In this document: in pieces, positions 40,826-51,393 of the stretch
Layout: every line of letters begins with the position of its first letter
Position numbering within the stretch: position 1 is the first letter of the stretch
Source of the DNA: Candidatus Cloacimonadota bacterium
GTDB lineage: Bacteria > Cloacimonadota > Cloacimonadia > G963667145
Assembly: GCA_963667255.1 (NCBI GenBank)
Contig: OY762940.1
Location: 1,440,001-1,504,000 of the forward strand
DNA: 64,000 nucleotides
Reading direction: 5' to 3'
Notes under the pieces: generated by a model
What the model saw: the letters and a program-made list of their open reading frames with translations, nothing else
Database searches by the model: none
What the model was told of the DNA's origin: nothing
Made by a program: the position numbers and the translations under genes

Positions 40826-43534
40826 TTAATCTTCAAGCGAAGCTTGTGCAGCCGCCAAACGAGCAATCGGCACTCTGAATGGAGAACAGCTCACATAGTT
40901 CATTCCCACTTTGTAGCAGAACTTCACAGAATCAGGGTCTCCGCCATGCTCTCCGCAAATTCCCACAGACAAATCTGGTCTAACAGAACGACCTCTCTCC
41001 ACACCAATTTTCACAAGTTGTCCAACACCTTCTTGGTCAATGCTTTGGAACGGATCAACCTTCAAGATTTTCTTGTCCAAATAATCAGGCAAGAAAGTTC
41101 CGATGTCGTCTCTGGAATATCCGAAACACATTTGAGTCAAATCGTTAGTTCCAAAGGAGAAGAACTCAGCATCTTTGGCAATCAAATCGGCAGTAAGAGC
41201 GGCTCTTGGGATTTCTATCATCGTCCCAATTTCGTATTTTGGAGATTGACCGGTCTCTTGCAAAACCTTGTTCACCACTTCCATAGCAACTTGCTTTTGG
41301 TCAATGAACTCCTCGCTCTTGCCAATCAGCGGAATCATAATCTCAGGATGCACGACTACACCTTCTTTGGTCAACTGACAAGCCGCTTCCATAATGGCTC
41401 TAACCTGCATTCTGGTGATTTCTGGATAAGTGATACCCAAACGGCAACCGCGGTGACCAAGCATCGGATTTACCTCGTGCAAAGCATTCACTTTCATTTT
41501 GATTTGCTCCAAAGTAATCCCCAGCTCTTTCGCCAATTCGCCTTGATTTTCATCGTCCATCGGCAAAAACTCGTGCAAAGGCGGATCCAAAAGTCTGATA
41601 GTCACAGGCAACCCGTGCATCGCTTTCAAAATTCCGTAAAAATCGTCTCTTTGATAAGGCAAAAGCTCCGCCAAAGCAACTTCTCTCTCAGCGGTATTAT
41701 TCGCCAAAATCATCTTTCGCATAGACTTAATCCTTTGCGGATCAAAGAACATATGCTCCGTTCTGCACAAGCCAATTCCCACAGCTCCAAACTCCCTGGC
41801 TTTTTGAGCATCGGCAGGAGTATCAGCATTGGTGCGAACTTTCATCTTACTCACCTTGCTTGCCCATTCCATCAGTTTATAGAAATCGCCTTCCAGTTTC
41901 GGCTCAACGAGAGGCAATTGACCAACAAAAATCTCTCCAGTAGAGCCGTCCAAAGAAAGCCATTCGCCCTCTTTCACTTGCACATCGCCCACACTAAAAA
42001 GTTTCTTCTTATAATCGATGGAAATCTCTCCGCAACCTGCCACACAGCATTTTCCCATACCTCTGGCAACCACGGCAGCATGAGAAGTCTTGCCTCCGCG
42101 AGAAGTCAAAATCCCTTTAGCAACAGCCATTCCGTTGATATCTTCAGGCGAAGTCTCCACTCTGATGAGAATCACTTGCTTGCCATCATTTGCCCATTTT
42201 TCGGCTTCATCGGCACTGAACACAGCCATACCCACAGCAGCACCTGGAGATGCCGCCAAGCCTTTGGCAATAGCAGTTTTCTTGGCAGTCACATCAAAAT
42301 TAGGATGCAATAATTGGTCGAGTGAGCCAGCCTCTACTCGCAAAAGTGCGGTCTTTTCATCAATCAAACCTTCGGCAACCATATCCACGGCAATCTTGAG
42401 AGCCGCAGGAGCAGTCCTCTTTCCATTGCGAGTTTGCAACATAAAGAGCTTATTTTGTTGAATAGTAAACTCAATGTCCTGCATATCTTTGTAGTGGTGT
42501 TCCAAAGTCTTATAAACATTCACCAAATCGGCATAAGCCTTAGGCATTTTCTCTTCCAAAGACTGAAACTTTGCCAATCTTTCCTCTTCGCTAACTCCTC
42601 GCTCTTTTGCCCAGTTTTGCGAATCTTTTTTGGTCACTTGACCTGGAGTTCTCACTCCTGCAACCACATCTTCGCCTTGAGCATTTATCAAAAACTCGCC
42701 GAAGAAATGTTTTTCGCCAGTGGCAGGATCTCTGGTAAAGGCAACACCAGTCGCACAATCTTCGCCCATATTTCCGTAAACCATCGCCATAACATTTACA
42801 GCAGTTCCCCAATCGTCAGGGATTTTGTTCAATCTACGATAAGTGATAGCTCTTTGATTGTTCCACGAACCGAAAACCGCATCAATTGCTCCCCAAAGTT
42901 GTTTGTAAGGATCTTGCGGAAAATCTCTTCCCGCTTTGTCTTTCACCACTTTTTTAAATTTCTCTACCAATTTTTGCAAAGCAGCAGCAGACAAATCCAC
43001 ATCGTCTTTCACTCCGTTTTCAGCTTTTATCTTATCGATTTCCACTTCAAAAGGGTCGTGCTCGTCCCAACTGGCAGCACCCACTCCCATTACCACACCG
43101 GCATACATTTGTATGAAACGACGGTAAGTGTCCCAAGCAAATTTTTCGTTTCCAGATTTGGCTATCAAACCTTTAACTATTTCATCATTGAGACCAAGAT
43201 TAAGCACCGTATCCATCATCCCTGGCATAGAAACTCTAGCTCCAGACCGCACGGAAACAAGCAAAGGATTGGCAACATCACCAAAAGTCAAATTCATCTC
43301 TTTTTCCATTTTGGCAACCGCATCCTTGACTTGCTTATTCAAATCGGACGGATATTGATTGGCATTGCTTGTATAATAATTGCACACCTGAGTAGTGATA
43401 GTAAATCCTGGTGGCACTGGTATCCCAAGTTTGCACATTTGTGCGACATTGGCTCCTTTGCCTCCCAAAAGATTTCTCATTTCGGCATCACCGTCAGCAT
43501 GCGACCCGCCGAATGAATAGACTAATTTATCCAT
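40826..43534 (-). CDS. ppdK: Pyruvate, phosphate dikinase
   Basis: LLGGKGAN, SVRSGA..SMPGMMDT, GGKTSHAAVVARG, GLCRTEHMF, SFGTNDLTQ, GICGEHGGDP. Confidence 0.97.
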   Translation of the reverse strand: MDKLVYSFGGSHADGDAEMRNLLGGKGANVAQMCKLGIPVPPGFTITTQVCNYYTSNANQYPSDLNKQVKDAVAKMEKEMNLTFGDVANPLLVSVRSGARVSMPGMMDTVLNLGLNDEIVKGLIAKSGNEKFAWDTYRRFIQMYAGVVMGVGAASWDEHDPFEVEIDKIKAENGVKDDVDLSAAALQKLVEKFKKVVKDKAGRDFPQDPYKQLWGAIDAVFGSWNNQRAITYRRLNKIPDDWGTAVNVMAMVYGNMGEDCATGVAFTRDPATGEKHFFGEFLINAQGEDVVAGVRTPGQVTKKDSQNWAKERGVSEEERLAKFQSLEEKMPKAYADLVNVYKTLEHHYKDMQDIEFTIQQNKLFMLQTRNGKRTAPAALKIAVDMVAEGLIDEKTALLRVEAGSLDQLLHPNFDVTAKKTAIAKGLAASPGAAVGMAVFSADEAEKWANDGKQVILIRVETSPEDINGMAVAKGILTSRGGKTSHAAVVARGMGKCCVAGCGEISIDYKKKLFSVGDVQVKEGEWLSLDGSTGEIFVGQLPLVEPKLEGDFYKLMEWASKVSKMKVRTNADTPADAQKAREFGAVGIGLCRTEHMFFDPQRIKSMRKMILANNTAEREVALAELLPYQRDDFYGILKAMHGLPVTIRLLDPPLHEFLPMDDENQGELAKELGITLEQIKMKVNALHEVNPMLGHRGCRLGITYPEITRMQVRAIMEAACQLTKEGVVVHPEIMIPLIGKSEEFIDQKQVAMEVVNKVLQETGQSPKYEIGTMIEIPRAALTADLIAKDAEFFSFGTNDLTQMCFGYSRDDIGTFLPDYLDKKILKVDPFQSIDQEGVGQLVKIGVERGRSVRPDLSVGICGEHGGDPDSVKFCYKVGMNYVSCSPFRVPIARLAAAQASLED

Positions 43535-43804
43535 TTTTTTACCTCCTAAAATATGGAAAGAAATCTCTCTTGCCACTTTTTATAACAAGATATGACCTCA
43601 TTTGTTTATTTTTGTATTAAAACCCACAGGACACTGTGTTTGCCATTCTTGGAAGCAAGGCAAAAGTTGACAAGAAATAATTCTGATAAATGTAGAAAAT
43701 ACTCTGATAAAAGTATCTACCTTAAATTGAAAATTTGCAACGGGAGAAAAATACTAAATGGGAAAAAAGATTATAAGCGGCTAAAAAAACACTCCAAAAT
43801 TTGA

Positions 43805-45049
43805 CTACAAAATCTCCCCGACTAAATCATACTCGAAACTATCGGTAATCTTCACTTTTTGAATAGAGCCAACTTCCCGCTTGTCGTCAAGATACACCAC
43901 GCCGTCTATCTCGGGAGCGTCATATCGAGTGCGAGCGATATTTCCCTCATCCAACATCACTTCCAACTCTTGCCCCACAAATCGTTGCAAATTCACTTTG
44001 GAAATATCTATCTGAGCACTCATCAAAGTATCTGCTCGTTTTTGTGCGACTTTCTCGGGAACTTCCGGTTGCAAATCGTAAGCCTTTGTCCCCTCTTCCT
44101 TGGAATAGGCAAAAACACCCATTTTATCAAATTTGTTCTTTTTTACAAACTCTTGCAACACAACAAAATCTTCCTTATCTTCCGTAGGGAAACCGGTGAT
44201 AAATGTCGTTCTGATTACCTTCTCCTGCTCAAAACTGCGAATGTAATCGATAAATTCTTGAAGCTCATTTCTCGTCCGTTTCCTGTTCATCGCTCGCAAA
44301 ATCTTGTCGCTGGCATGTTGAAAAGGTATCTCGAAATATTTACAAATCTTGGGCATCGCAAAAACAAAATCGATAAGCTCTTTGCTCAGGTGGTCGGGAT
44401 GCAAATATAATAGCCTAATCCACTCAATTCCCTGTATGTTGTGGATTTTTGTCAGAAGAGCAAGCAAGCGATTTTCTCCATAAATATCCGTGCCATACAG
44501 ACAAATATCCTGAGCTGTAACGATTAGCTCCTTGACACCAATTTTGGCAAGGAACTCAGCTTCATCCACCAACTCTTCTATCGCCCTGCTGGTAAATCTG
44601 CCCCGAATATAGGGAATGGCACAATAGCTACAATAGTTGTCACAGCCATCACTTATGCGTAAATAAGCATAATGATTTGGCGTCAAAAGAGAACGAGAAT
44701 TAGAAAATTCCGCTTTGAATATTTTGGCAAACTCGGTAAAATCTTTGAGGTCAACAAGGTAATCAATTTCGGGAATTTCCTGTGCCAACTGTTCCTTGTA
44801 TCTTTTCACAAAACACCCGCTGACAATAAGTTTGGCTCTCTCATTTTTCTCTTCTGCCACCTGCAAAATGGTGTCGATGGTCTCTTCCTTGGCAGATTGA
44901 ATAAAAGCACAAGTGTTAATTATCACGAAATCGGCAGAAGCTAAATCGGCAGTTTCGGAGAGACCAGCACCGTCCAAAATTGCTTTAAATCGCTCGCTAT
45001 CCACCAAATTTTTGGGACAACCGAGGCTGATAATCAGATATTGCTTCAT
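43805..45049 (-). CDS. rimO: Ribosomal protein S12 methylthiotransferase
   Basis: SLGCPKNLVDSE, CDNYCSYC, DAPEIDG. Confidence 0.94.
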   Translation of the reverse strand: MKQYLIISLGCPKNLVDSERFKAILDGAGLSETADLASADFVIINTCAFIQSAKEETIDTILQVAEEKNERAKLIVSGCFVKRYKEQLAQEIPEIDYLVDLKDFTEFAKIFKAEFSNSRSLLTPNHYAYLRISDGCDNYCSYCAIPYIRGRFTSRAIEELVDEAEFLAKIGVKELIVTAQDICLYGTDIYGENRLLALLTKIHNIQGIEWIRLLYLHPDHLSKELIDFVFAMPKICKYFEIPFQHASDKILRAMNRKRTRNELQEFIDYIRSFEQEKVIRTTFITGFPTEDKEDFVVLQEFVKKNKFDKMGVFAYSKEEGTKAYDLQPEVPEKVAQKRADTLMSAQIDISKVNLQRFVGQELEVMLDEGNIARTRYDAPEIDGVVYLDDKREVGSIQKVKITDSFEYDLVGEIL

Positions 45050-46746
45050 CTATCGATTTTCTTCAGCAACGACTTCAGACTTTTGTAATCTTCCTTGATG
45101 TTTACCATCGCCCCGGGCATAAATCTCGCCTGTTCAAATTTATTAATCAAACCCTTAATCTGCGAAATCAAATCGGCATCTATGCCTTTTGCAGACAAAG
45201 CATCACAAATTTCCAAAGCCGTAGTGCCTCTATCCAAGGAAACAAAATCACATAAATAGTGCAAAAATCCGCTATGAGCAGCATTATAAAACTCAATATT
45301 ACCAGAACTCGCCAAAGCCGAAGCCTCTTTCATATACTTCTTGAAAAGCAAATCAGATTTCTTCTTATTTAGATAATCTTGGTCAAAATTCTTGTTTTTC
45401 TTAGAACTCAAAATCTTGGACAAAATCAAAGAAAGTAAAATCAACAAACCGCATAAAGCCCAATAACGATAGTCCTTTATCCAAAACTTCCCCTCTACTA
45501 AACTGGGCTCAGTGATGATAAAATCTATATCTTCAGACTTTTTTTTTACTGCCGTAGCACCTGGTCCCGCTGACTGAAAATCGTTATAATTTCCTTCCGT
45601 TTTTTTTACCTTAATCGTAGTAGGTTTGGTAGAAAGTTTCTCATACTTTTTGGTCAGCGGATTGAACACTCTAAAGGAAACTGCAGGAATAGTAAAACTC
45701 CCCGATTTCTTGGCAATAACCATATATTTAGCTTGATTCAGACCCTCTTGGGAAGTTATCTCCGGAGTCGCAAATCGATAATCATCATTTTGAGAAAATT
45801 TAGGGAAATCGTCCACAAAGTTGCCGTTACCCTCAACTTTTATGGTATATGTAATCGCATCTCCCTGATCAACTTGGTCGGAACTAACAAAAGAGTTAAT
45901 CGAAAATTTTCCTATCGAACCGTTGAAATCGGACGGCGAAGGTGGTAAATCTTTGATAACGATTTTTTGAGGCAAACTAACCAAGCGATAATCTTTGGTT
46001 CTGCCAAAGCTGAAAAAATCGTCCTCCAAATTCACTGAAGCCACTATCACCAAAGGCGATAGCTCAAAAGTGCCAGCTTTCTGAGGTATAAGTTGATAAG
46101 ACGCTAATTGCATCTTACCGTAAATCACTCCATTTACAATGTTTTGAGCAAAACTAACCTGATTGGCAGCAAAAGTTTGTTTACTCCAAAACCCATCAAA
46201 AGTAGGGTCGGTAACTTTCCTAATTCCCGAAACATTATATCTGGTGTAAACAAAATAGCTTACCAAAATTTTTTCTCCGACATAAGCGGTCGTTTTACTG
46301 ATAGTGGTTTTGATATATAGCGGAGAGTCGTTCGATTTGGTAGGATTATCAGGATTTTTGGTAACCTTGATTTCTATCGGCTTGGTCTCGTAAATCTTCG
46401 CTCCAGCTACAATCTTTTGCGCAGGAATCACAAAAGTCCCGATTTTCGTCGGCATCAAAGTGTATTTGTAACTGAAAGTTTTACTACTGGAACTTTCCCC
46501 GTTCACCAACCTATAACTGGTGGAAGTAAAATTGGACTTGCCAATTATCTTGAAATTCGGAACTTGAGATAGCGATGGTTGCGGCATACCATCATCTGTC
46601 TCCACAACCTGCAGAGTAAAAATCAACTGCTCGTGTATAGACAAACTGGTTCTGTCCACACTCGCTGTAAAACTATTGGCAAACAACAAACCGAAACTAA
46701 AAAGACAAAGAGCAAAAGCCGATATTTTTTTACCAATACTTCCCAT
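45046..46746 (-). CDS. batD: BatD-family protein
   Basis: Signal peptide, repeated Ig-like BatD segments, TM, bat operon context. Confidence 0.82.
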   Translation of the reverse strand: MGSIGKKISAFALCLFSFGLLFANSFTASVDRTSLSIHEQLIFTLQVVETDDGMPQPSLSQVPNFKIIGKSNFTSTSYRLVNGESSSSKTFSYKYTLMPTKIGTFVIPAQKIVAGAKIYETKPIEIKVTKNPDNPTKSNDSPLYIKTTISKTTAYVGEKILVSYFVYTRYNVSGIRKVTDPTFDGFWSKQTFAANQVSFAQNIVNGVIYGKMQLASYQLIPQKAGTFELSPLVIVASVNLEDDFFSFGRTKDYRLVSLPQKIVIKDLPPSPSDFNGSIGKFSINSFVSSDQVDQGDAITYTIKVEGNGNFVDDFPKFSQNDDYRFATPEITSQEGLNQAKYMVIAKKSGSFTIPAVSFRVFNPLTKKYEKLSTKPTTIKVKKTEGNYNDFQSAGPGATAVKKKSEDIDFIITEPSLVEGKFWIKDYRYWALCGLLILLSLILSKILSSKKNKNFDQDYLNKKKSDLLFKKYMKEASALASSGNIEFYNAAHSGFLHYLCDFVSLDRGTTALEICDALSAKGIDADLISQIKGLINKFEQARFMPGAMVNIKEDYKSLKSLLKKIDR

Positions 46747-47521
46747 TTACCGGCACCTCCCCTTTCTGCTTGGATTGTTGCAAGCGAAGCATTTTTTCTT
46801 GGTTCAATATTTTATCAATTTTTTTGTCTGCCATATTCTTTTTAATAGCTTCTTTCTTTTGTTTCTTTTCATCTTCTTTGCTTGGCTTTTTCTTGTCTAC
46901 AGATTTTTGTTGTTCATTTTTTTCGTTCTTTTTCTCGTCAGAACTGTTTTGCTGTTTCTGCTCTTGCTTTTTTTGCTCATCGCTCTTCTTCGATTGTTCC
47001 TGCTTATTCTCTTTCTTCTTATCCTGCTCGCTTTTCTTTTTATCCTCTTTTTGCTGATCGCCCTGCTGATTTTGCTTGTTTTGTTGCTTTTGCTGTTCCT
47101 GCAAAAGTTTATCAGCTATCTCCAAATTTGTCCGTGCCTGATAATTACTCGGGTCTTCTTTAATCGCCTCAATGTAAGCATTTTTAGCTTTATCAAGCTC
47201 GCCTTTTTTGAAATAAGCGTTCCCAATATTTTGGTAAGCAAAAGATTTTTTCGGAAAATCTTTGTCCAATAGTGCCAAATTATATTGGCTGAGAGCCTCG
47301 TCAAACTTACCTTGTTTGTAAAAACTATCGCCCAAATTGAAATGAGAAATCCCGCTATTGTTGCCCTTCTCGACAGACGACTTACCAAAACTTTTTTCCG
47401 ACGAAGAAAAGTCCTGCTTCTCGTAAGCCCGTTTGCCCACAAAATTGTGATAAACCTGCCCAAAATTCAGAGCAAACGCACATGAAAAACTGAATATAAA
47501 AATAAAAATTATCCGTTTCAT
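46730..47521 (-). CDS. BatC-like TPR protein with Q/K/E-rich linker
   Basis: HFNLGDSFYKQG, YQNIGNAYF, C-terminal KYW. Confidence 0.78.
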   Translation of the reverse strand: MKRIIFIFIFSFSCAFALNFGQVYHNFVGKRAYEKQDFSSSEKSFGKSSVEKGNNSGISHFNLGDSFYKQGKFDEALSQYNLALLDKDFPKKSFAYQNIGNAYFKKGELDKAKNAYIEAIKEDPSNYQARTNLEIADKLLQEQQKQQNKQNQQGDQQKEDKKKSEQDKKKENKQEQSKKSDEQKKQEQKQQNSSDEKKNEKNEQQKSVDKKKPSKEDEKKQKKEAIKKNMADKKIDKILNQEKMLRLQQSKQKGEVPVNGKYW

Positions 47522-47523
47522 AA

Positions 47524-48528
47524 CTAATTCAAAAATCTATCTGTTTTTATAATCGATTTGCGGAAAATGAAAAATTCCAACACCAACAATATCAAAGATA
47601 AAAGAGCAAAATGAAAATACTGATGCTTGTAGGTAGTCCGCAATTTATCATCAAATTTGTTCTTTTCCAAAGTGCTTATATCGTTCAAAATCGTATAAAT
47701 TTCCGACTGATTGGGAGTGATGGAATAGGCTCTACCCCCTGTGGTATGAGCGATTGACGACAAAGTAACCATATCAAGTTTGGACTGCACGATATTGCCA
47801 TCACTGTCCTTGATGTATTTGCCACCATCATTATTGTCGAGGACAGCACTACCGAGCGGGGTCCCCACACCAACGCAATAAACTCTTACGCCGTCATTCT
47901 TCAGCTTGCTCGCCATCATCAAAGCATCTCCAGTAAGATTTTCCCCATCGGAGATAAGAAGAACTATCTTTTGATTCCCCTTCAAAACAGCGTTCGCCTG
48001 CAACAAAGCATCTTCCAAATTTGTCCCGTATTTCTTTATTAAATTGGTATTCAAAAGCTCAACGAAGAGGCGGAAAGTGGAATAGTCGTTGGTGAGCGGG
48101 CACTGAACTTTGGCGACTCCGGCAAACGGCACCAAGGCAACTCTGTCGCCCGACAATTGCTCAATAAACAGATTTATCAAATCTTTGGCTCTCGCCAATC
48201 TCGACGGCGAAATATCGGACGCATCCATACTTTTGCTGACATCTATGCAAATAGCGACATCCAAACCTTCCTGTTTGATTTTTTCCGTTTGTCTGTCCCA
48301 TTTCGGACCGGCAAGAGCGATTATCAAGAAGACAAATGACACCAAAAATAACAAATTCTTTACTTTCCAGAGAAACCCAAATCTATCCTTAAAATAGTAA
48401 GGATAAAATTTCTCTTCTGCAAATTTGGTAAAAGCACGCAAAAAAAACCTCTTACTGAACAAAATCAGCAAAAAGAAAACAGGCACTAATAACAGCAAAA
48501 ACAAAAAATAATTGTATTCAAATTCCAT
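47524..48528 (-). CDS. batB: BatB vWA protein
   Basis: ALAGPKW, DVSKSM, PSRL, PLT.D, ISDGE. Confidence 0.85.
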   Translation of the reverse strand: MEFEYNYFLFLLLLVPVFFLLILFSKRFFLRAFTKFAEEKFYPYYFKDRFGFLWKVKNLLFLVSFVFLIIALAGPKWDRQTEKIKQEGLDVAICIDVSKSMDASDISPSRLARAKDLINLFIEQLSGDRVALVPFAGVAKVQCPLTNDYSTFRLFVELLNTNLIKKYGTNLEDALLQANAVLKGNQKIVLLISDGENLTGDALMMASKLKNDGVRVYCVGVGTPLGSAVLDNNDGGKYIKDSDGNIVQSKLDMVTLSSIAHTTGGRAYSITPNQSEIYTILNDISTLEKNKFDDKLRTTYKHQYFHFALLSLILLVLEFFIFRKSIIKTDRFLN

Positions 48529-48543
48529 AATTTACTTCAAATC

Positions 48544-49530
48544 TTACGGTAAAAATATTTTTAACGGCACTCTCAAAACAAATTCCAAGAGCATACTCAA
48601 AAAAGCCAAACTCAAAAATATCCAAAATTTTTCTTTGTATTCGTAATAATTTCTAATCTTGTATTCGGTTTTCTCCAACTTGTCTATTCTGGAAAAAATC
48701 TGCTCCAACTCCTCGGTGCTTTGAGCCCGCCTTGCCATCGTAGTTCCAGTAGTTTTGGCTATGTCGTTCAGCACATTCATATCGATAGGAATATTAACTT
48801 TTTGGTGAGCTATTTTGCCAAAAAAATTGGTGTAAGGGAAATCGACAGGACCTTCCTTACCAATTCCTATCGGATACACCTTGATGCCATAAGTTGCCGC
48901 CAATTCGGCAGCCTCCCCCGGACTCACATCTCCGGCATTATTCCTGCCATCCGTGAGCAAAATCACCACCTTGGATTTGGCTTTGCTGTCTCGCAGTCTG
49001 CCGACAGCTGTTGCCAATCCCAAGCCGATAGCAGTTCCGTTGGCAGATTGGTCGATTTGCAAATCCTGCACAATTTGCGTCAACAAATTGTAGTCGAGAG
49101 TCAAGGGACATGCCGTAAAAGCGTAATCCGAAAAAGTAACAACACCAATTTTATCGTTCTTTCGCTTACTAACAAAATTGAGAGCAACTTTCTTCGCCGC
49201 CTGTAGTCTGTTGGTCGGTTGCAAATCAACCGCTTGCATAGAGCCGGAAAGGTCAACCGCCAAAATAATATCTATTCCTTTACCGGAAACTTCGGTTTTT
49301 TTGCGAGCAGAGCGGGGTCTCGCCAAAGCAACAATAAGAAACACAATCGCCAAAATCCTAAAAATAAGCGGTAAAAAACGAAACACCGAAGACCTTTTAT
49401 AAACTTTCTTCAAAATATCAAAGCGGGTATATGGCAACCGAGCCTTATGCTTGTTTCTATAAAAAAATTCAAAAAGCAAAATGGGAATTAGAATTAAAAG
49501 AAGCCAAAGATATTGAGGGTCTCTAAACAT
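48544..49530 (-). CDS. batA: BatA vWA protein
   Basis: ALARP, DLSGSM, GTAIG, LTDGRNNAG. Confidence 0.88.
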   Translation of the reverse strand: MFRDPQYLWLLLILIPILLFEFFYRNKHKARLPYTRFDILKKVYKRSSVFRFLPLIFRILAIVFLIVALARPRSARKKTEVSGKGIDIILAVDLSGSMQAVDLQPTNRLQAAKKVALNFVSKRKNDKIGVVTFSDYAFTACPLTLDYNLLTQIVQDLQIDQSANGTAIGLGLATAVGRLRDSKAKSKVVILLTDGRNNAGDVSPGEAAELAATYGIKVYPIGIGKEGPVDFPYTNFFGKIAHQKVNIPIDMNVLNDIAKTTGTTMARRAQSTEELEQIFSRIDKLEKTEYKIRNYYEYKEKFWIFLSLAFLSMLLEFVLRVPLKIFLP

Positions 49531-50482
49531 CTTCGCCCTCCTGTTTCTCAGCGATTAAATCGCTCTCCACCTCATTTTGCACCTTCTCAGCCTCTTCCTT
49601 ATCCTTTAAAAATAAATTTCTCGCCCAATCACAATAATCTCTCGACAACGAAATATCGCCTGCGTATTTAGCAAATTTGACCAAATCAGCATAAGAAAAA
49701 ATCTCAAAAAGTTTGTTATGCTCACTCATAATGGGCAATCTCAAAACAACTCTAAGTTCGTCCGTAGTCATCTGTGTAGCAGGCAAATCGTATTTCCTCT
49801 CCAAGAAAAATCGCAAAGAAAAAGATAGCTCAAAAAAGAAATTCAGAAGCTCCCCTTGTTGCAAAAACTCTTCAGCTTTTTGCAACGATTCCAATCCAAC
49901 TTGCCAAGCTGGACGATTATCAACTATCTTTTTTTCTGATTCACTACCGCTCTTTTTTCGCAAAATTTTAGGGAAAAACCTAATCAACAGCACAATAATC
50001 AATAATGCCAAAATCACAACTGCATACTCAACTGCTCCCAAATAAAGCGACTGCGGAGACCTAATATCAACTATATCTTTAACTGTCGTGTCCAAAAGCG
50101 TGTGCACCAAAAAAGGGTAAGATTCCGTTTGTATCTTCTTCTCATCGCCTTTGACATCGATATAAGAAAACTCCAACTCCGGTAAACTCACCAAGCCACT
50201 ACCGGTAAAAATGAACTGATTTTTTAATCTGACACCGGACTCTCCCTGTTCGACCTTCACATCCAGCAAAGATACTCCGGGCAAAGTATCAAACATCGGC
50301 AAAACAATTTGTGGAGATTTCTCGAGATTGCTGGCAGGGTCAGCATCCGGCAAAAGAAGCTCAGCAGAAAAAACAGTCCCAACATTCAGAGAATCGGGAG
50401 CTTTAATCTCCCATTGCTCACTCCCAAAAACTCTTCCCAACAAAAGAATAAAAAACAAAATTCCGAAAATTCTCTTTCTCAT
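49523..50482 (-). CDS. Bat-operon membrane protein
   Basis: Signal peptide, TM, MTTDEL, ADLVKFAK. Confidence 0.72.
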   Translation of the reverse strand: MRKRIFGILFFILLLGRVFGSEQWEIKAPDSLNVGTVFSAELLLPDADPASNLEKSPQIVLPMFDTLPGVSLLDVKVEQGESGVRLKNQFIFTGSGLVSLPELEFSYIDVKGDEKKIQTESYPFLVHTLLDTTVKDIVDIRSPQSLYLGAVEYAVVILALLIIVLLIRFFPKILRKKSGSESEKKIVDNRPAWQVGLESLQKAEEFLQQGELLNFFFELSFSLRFFLERKYDLPATQMTTDELRVVLRLPIMSEHNKLFEIFSYADLVKFAKYAGDISLSRDYCDWARNLFLKDKEEAEKVQNEVESDLIAEKQEGEDV

Positions 50483-51354
50483 CTTCTTTTTATCCTTTTC
50501 TTAAAAAACTTCATAAGCTCTTTGATATAAGACTCATGCGTGTACATGGTCAACAAATCAACCTTCATCTTCTTGAAATTTTTCTCCAGTTCCTGTTCCT
50601 GTTGCTCCACCAACTGAGCAAAAAGTTTCCGCTTCTTTTTATCAAAACTATTTATAGTAAACAACTCGCCCGTCTCAGGATTGACAACATCCAAAAATCC
50701 TGCACTCGGCAACTCGGTTTCCGCTTTATCCAAAACTCGCAAAGCAACTACATCGTGCTTTTGAGACAAAATAGACAACGGCTTAATATAGTCGTCATCC
50801 AAAAAATCGGAGATAATGAAAACAACACTGCGTTTTTTGAGAACCTGTGTCAGCCGCTGGATTGCAACGCCAAGATTGGTGGTTTTCTCTTGCGGAACAA
50901 ACTGCAAAATCTCGCTCAACAACCGCAAAACAGATTTCTTGCCTTTCTTGGCAGGAATATATTTTTCCACACCTTCACAAAAAAGCATCAAACCCACTTT
51001 ATCGTTGTTGGACAAGGCAGAAAAAGCCAACACCGCTGTCAGCTCTGTGATATATTCGGATTTCAGATTTGAGTGCGTCCCGAAGAGAGTAGATGCGGAC
51101 CCATCAACCAAAAAAAGAATATTTAGCTCCCGAGTCTCCTCAAATTTTTTGATATATGGGTAATCCATTTTGGCGGACACATTCCAATCTATCTGGCGAA
51201 AACTGTCGCCGTCCTGATATTGTCGCACCTCGCTAAACTCAAGACCCTGACCTTTGAAGATGCTATGATACTCTCCAGCAAAAATATCGGAAACAATATC
51301 TTTGGTCGCAATCTCAATCTTGCGGATTTTTTTCAGAATATCTTTGGTTTCCAT
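50479..51354 (-). CDS. DUF58 protein
   Basis: GLEFSEVRQYQDGD, IDWNVSA, ISDF. Confidence 0.9.
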   Translation of the reverse strand: METKDILKKIRKIEIATKDIVSDIFAGEYHSIFKGQGLEFSEVRQYQDGDSFRQIDWNVSAKMDYPYIKKFEETRELNILFLVDGSASTLFGTHSNLKSEYITELTAVLAFSALSNNDKVGLMLFCEGVEKYIPAKKGKKSVLRLLSEILQFVPQEKTTNLGVAIQRLTQVLKKRSVVFIISDFLDDDYIKPLSILSQKHDVVALRVLDKAETELPSAGFLDVVNPETGELFTINSFDKKKRKLFAQLVEQQEQELEKNFKKMKVDLLTMYTHESYIKELMKFFKKRIKRR

Positions 51355-51393
51355 AATTCCAAAAACTATAAAATTTCTTAATGAAACCGAAAA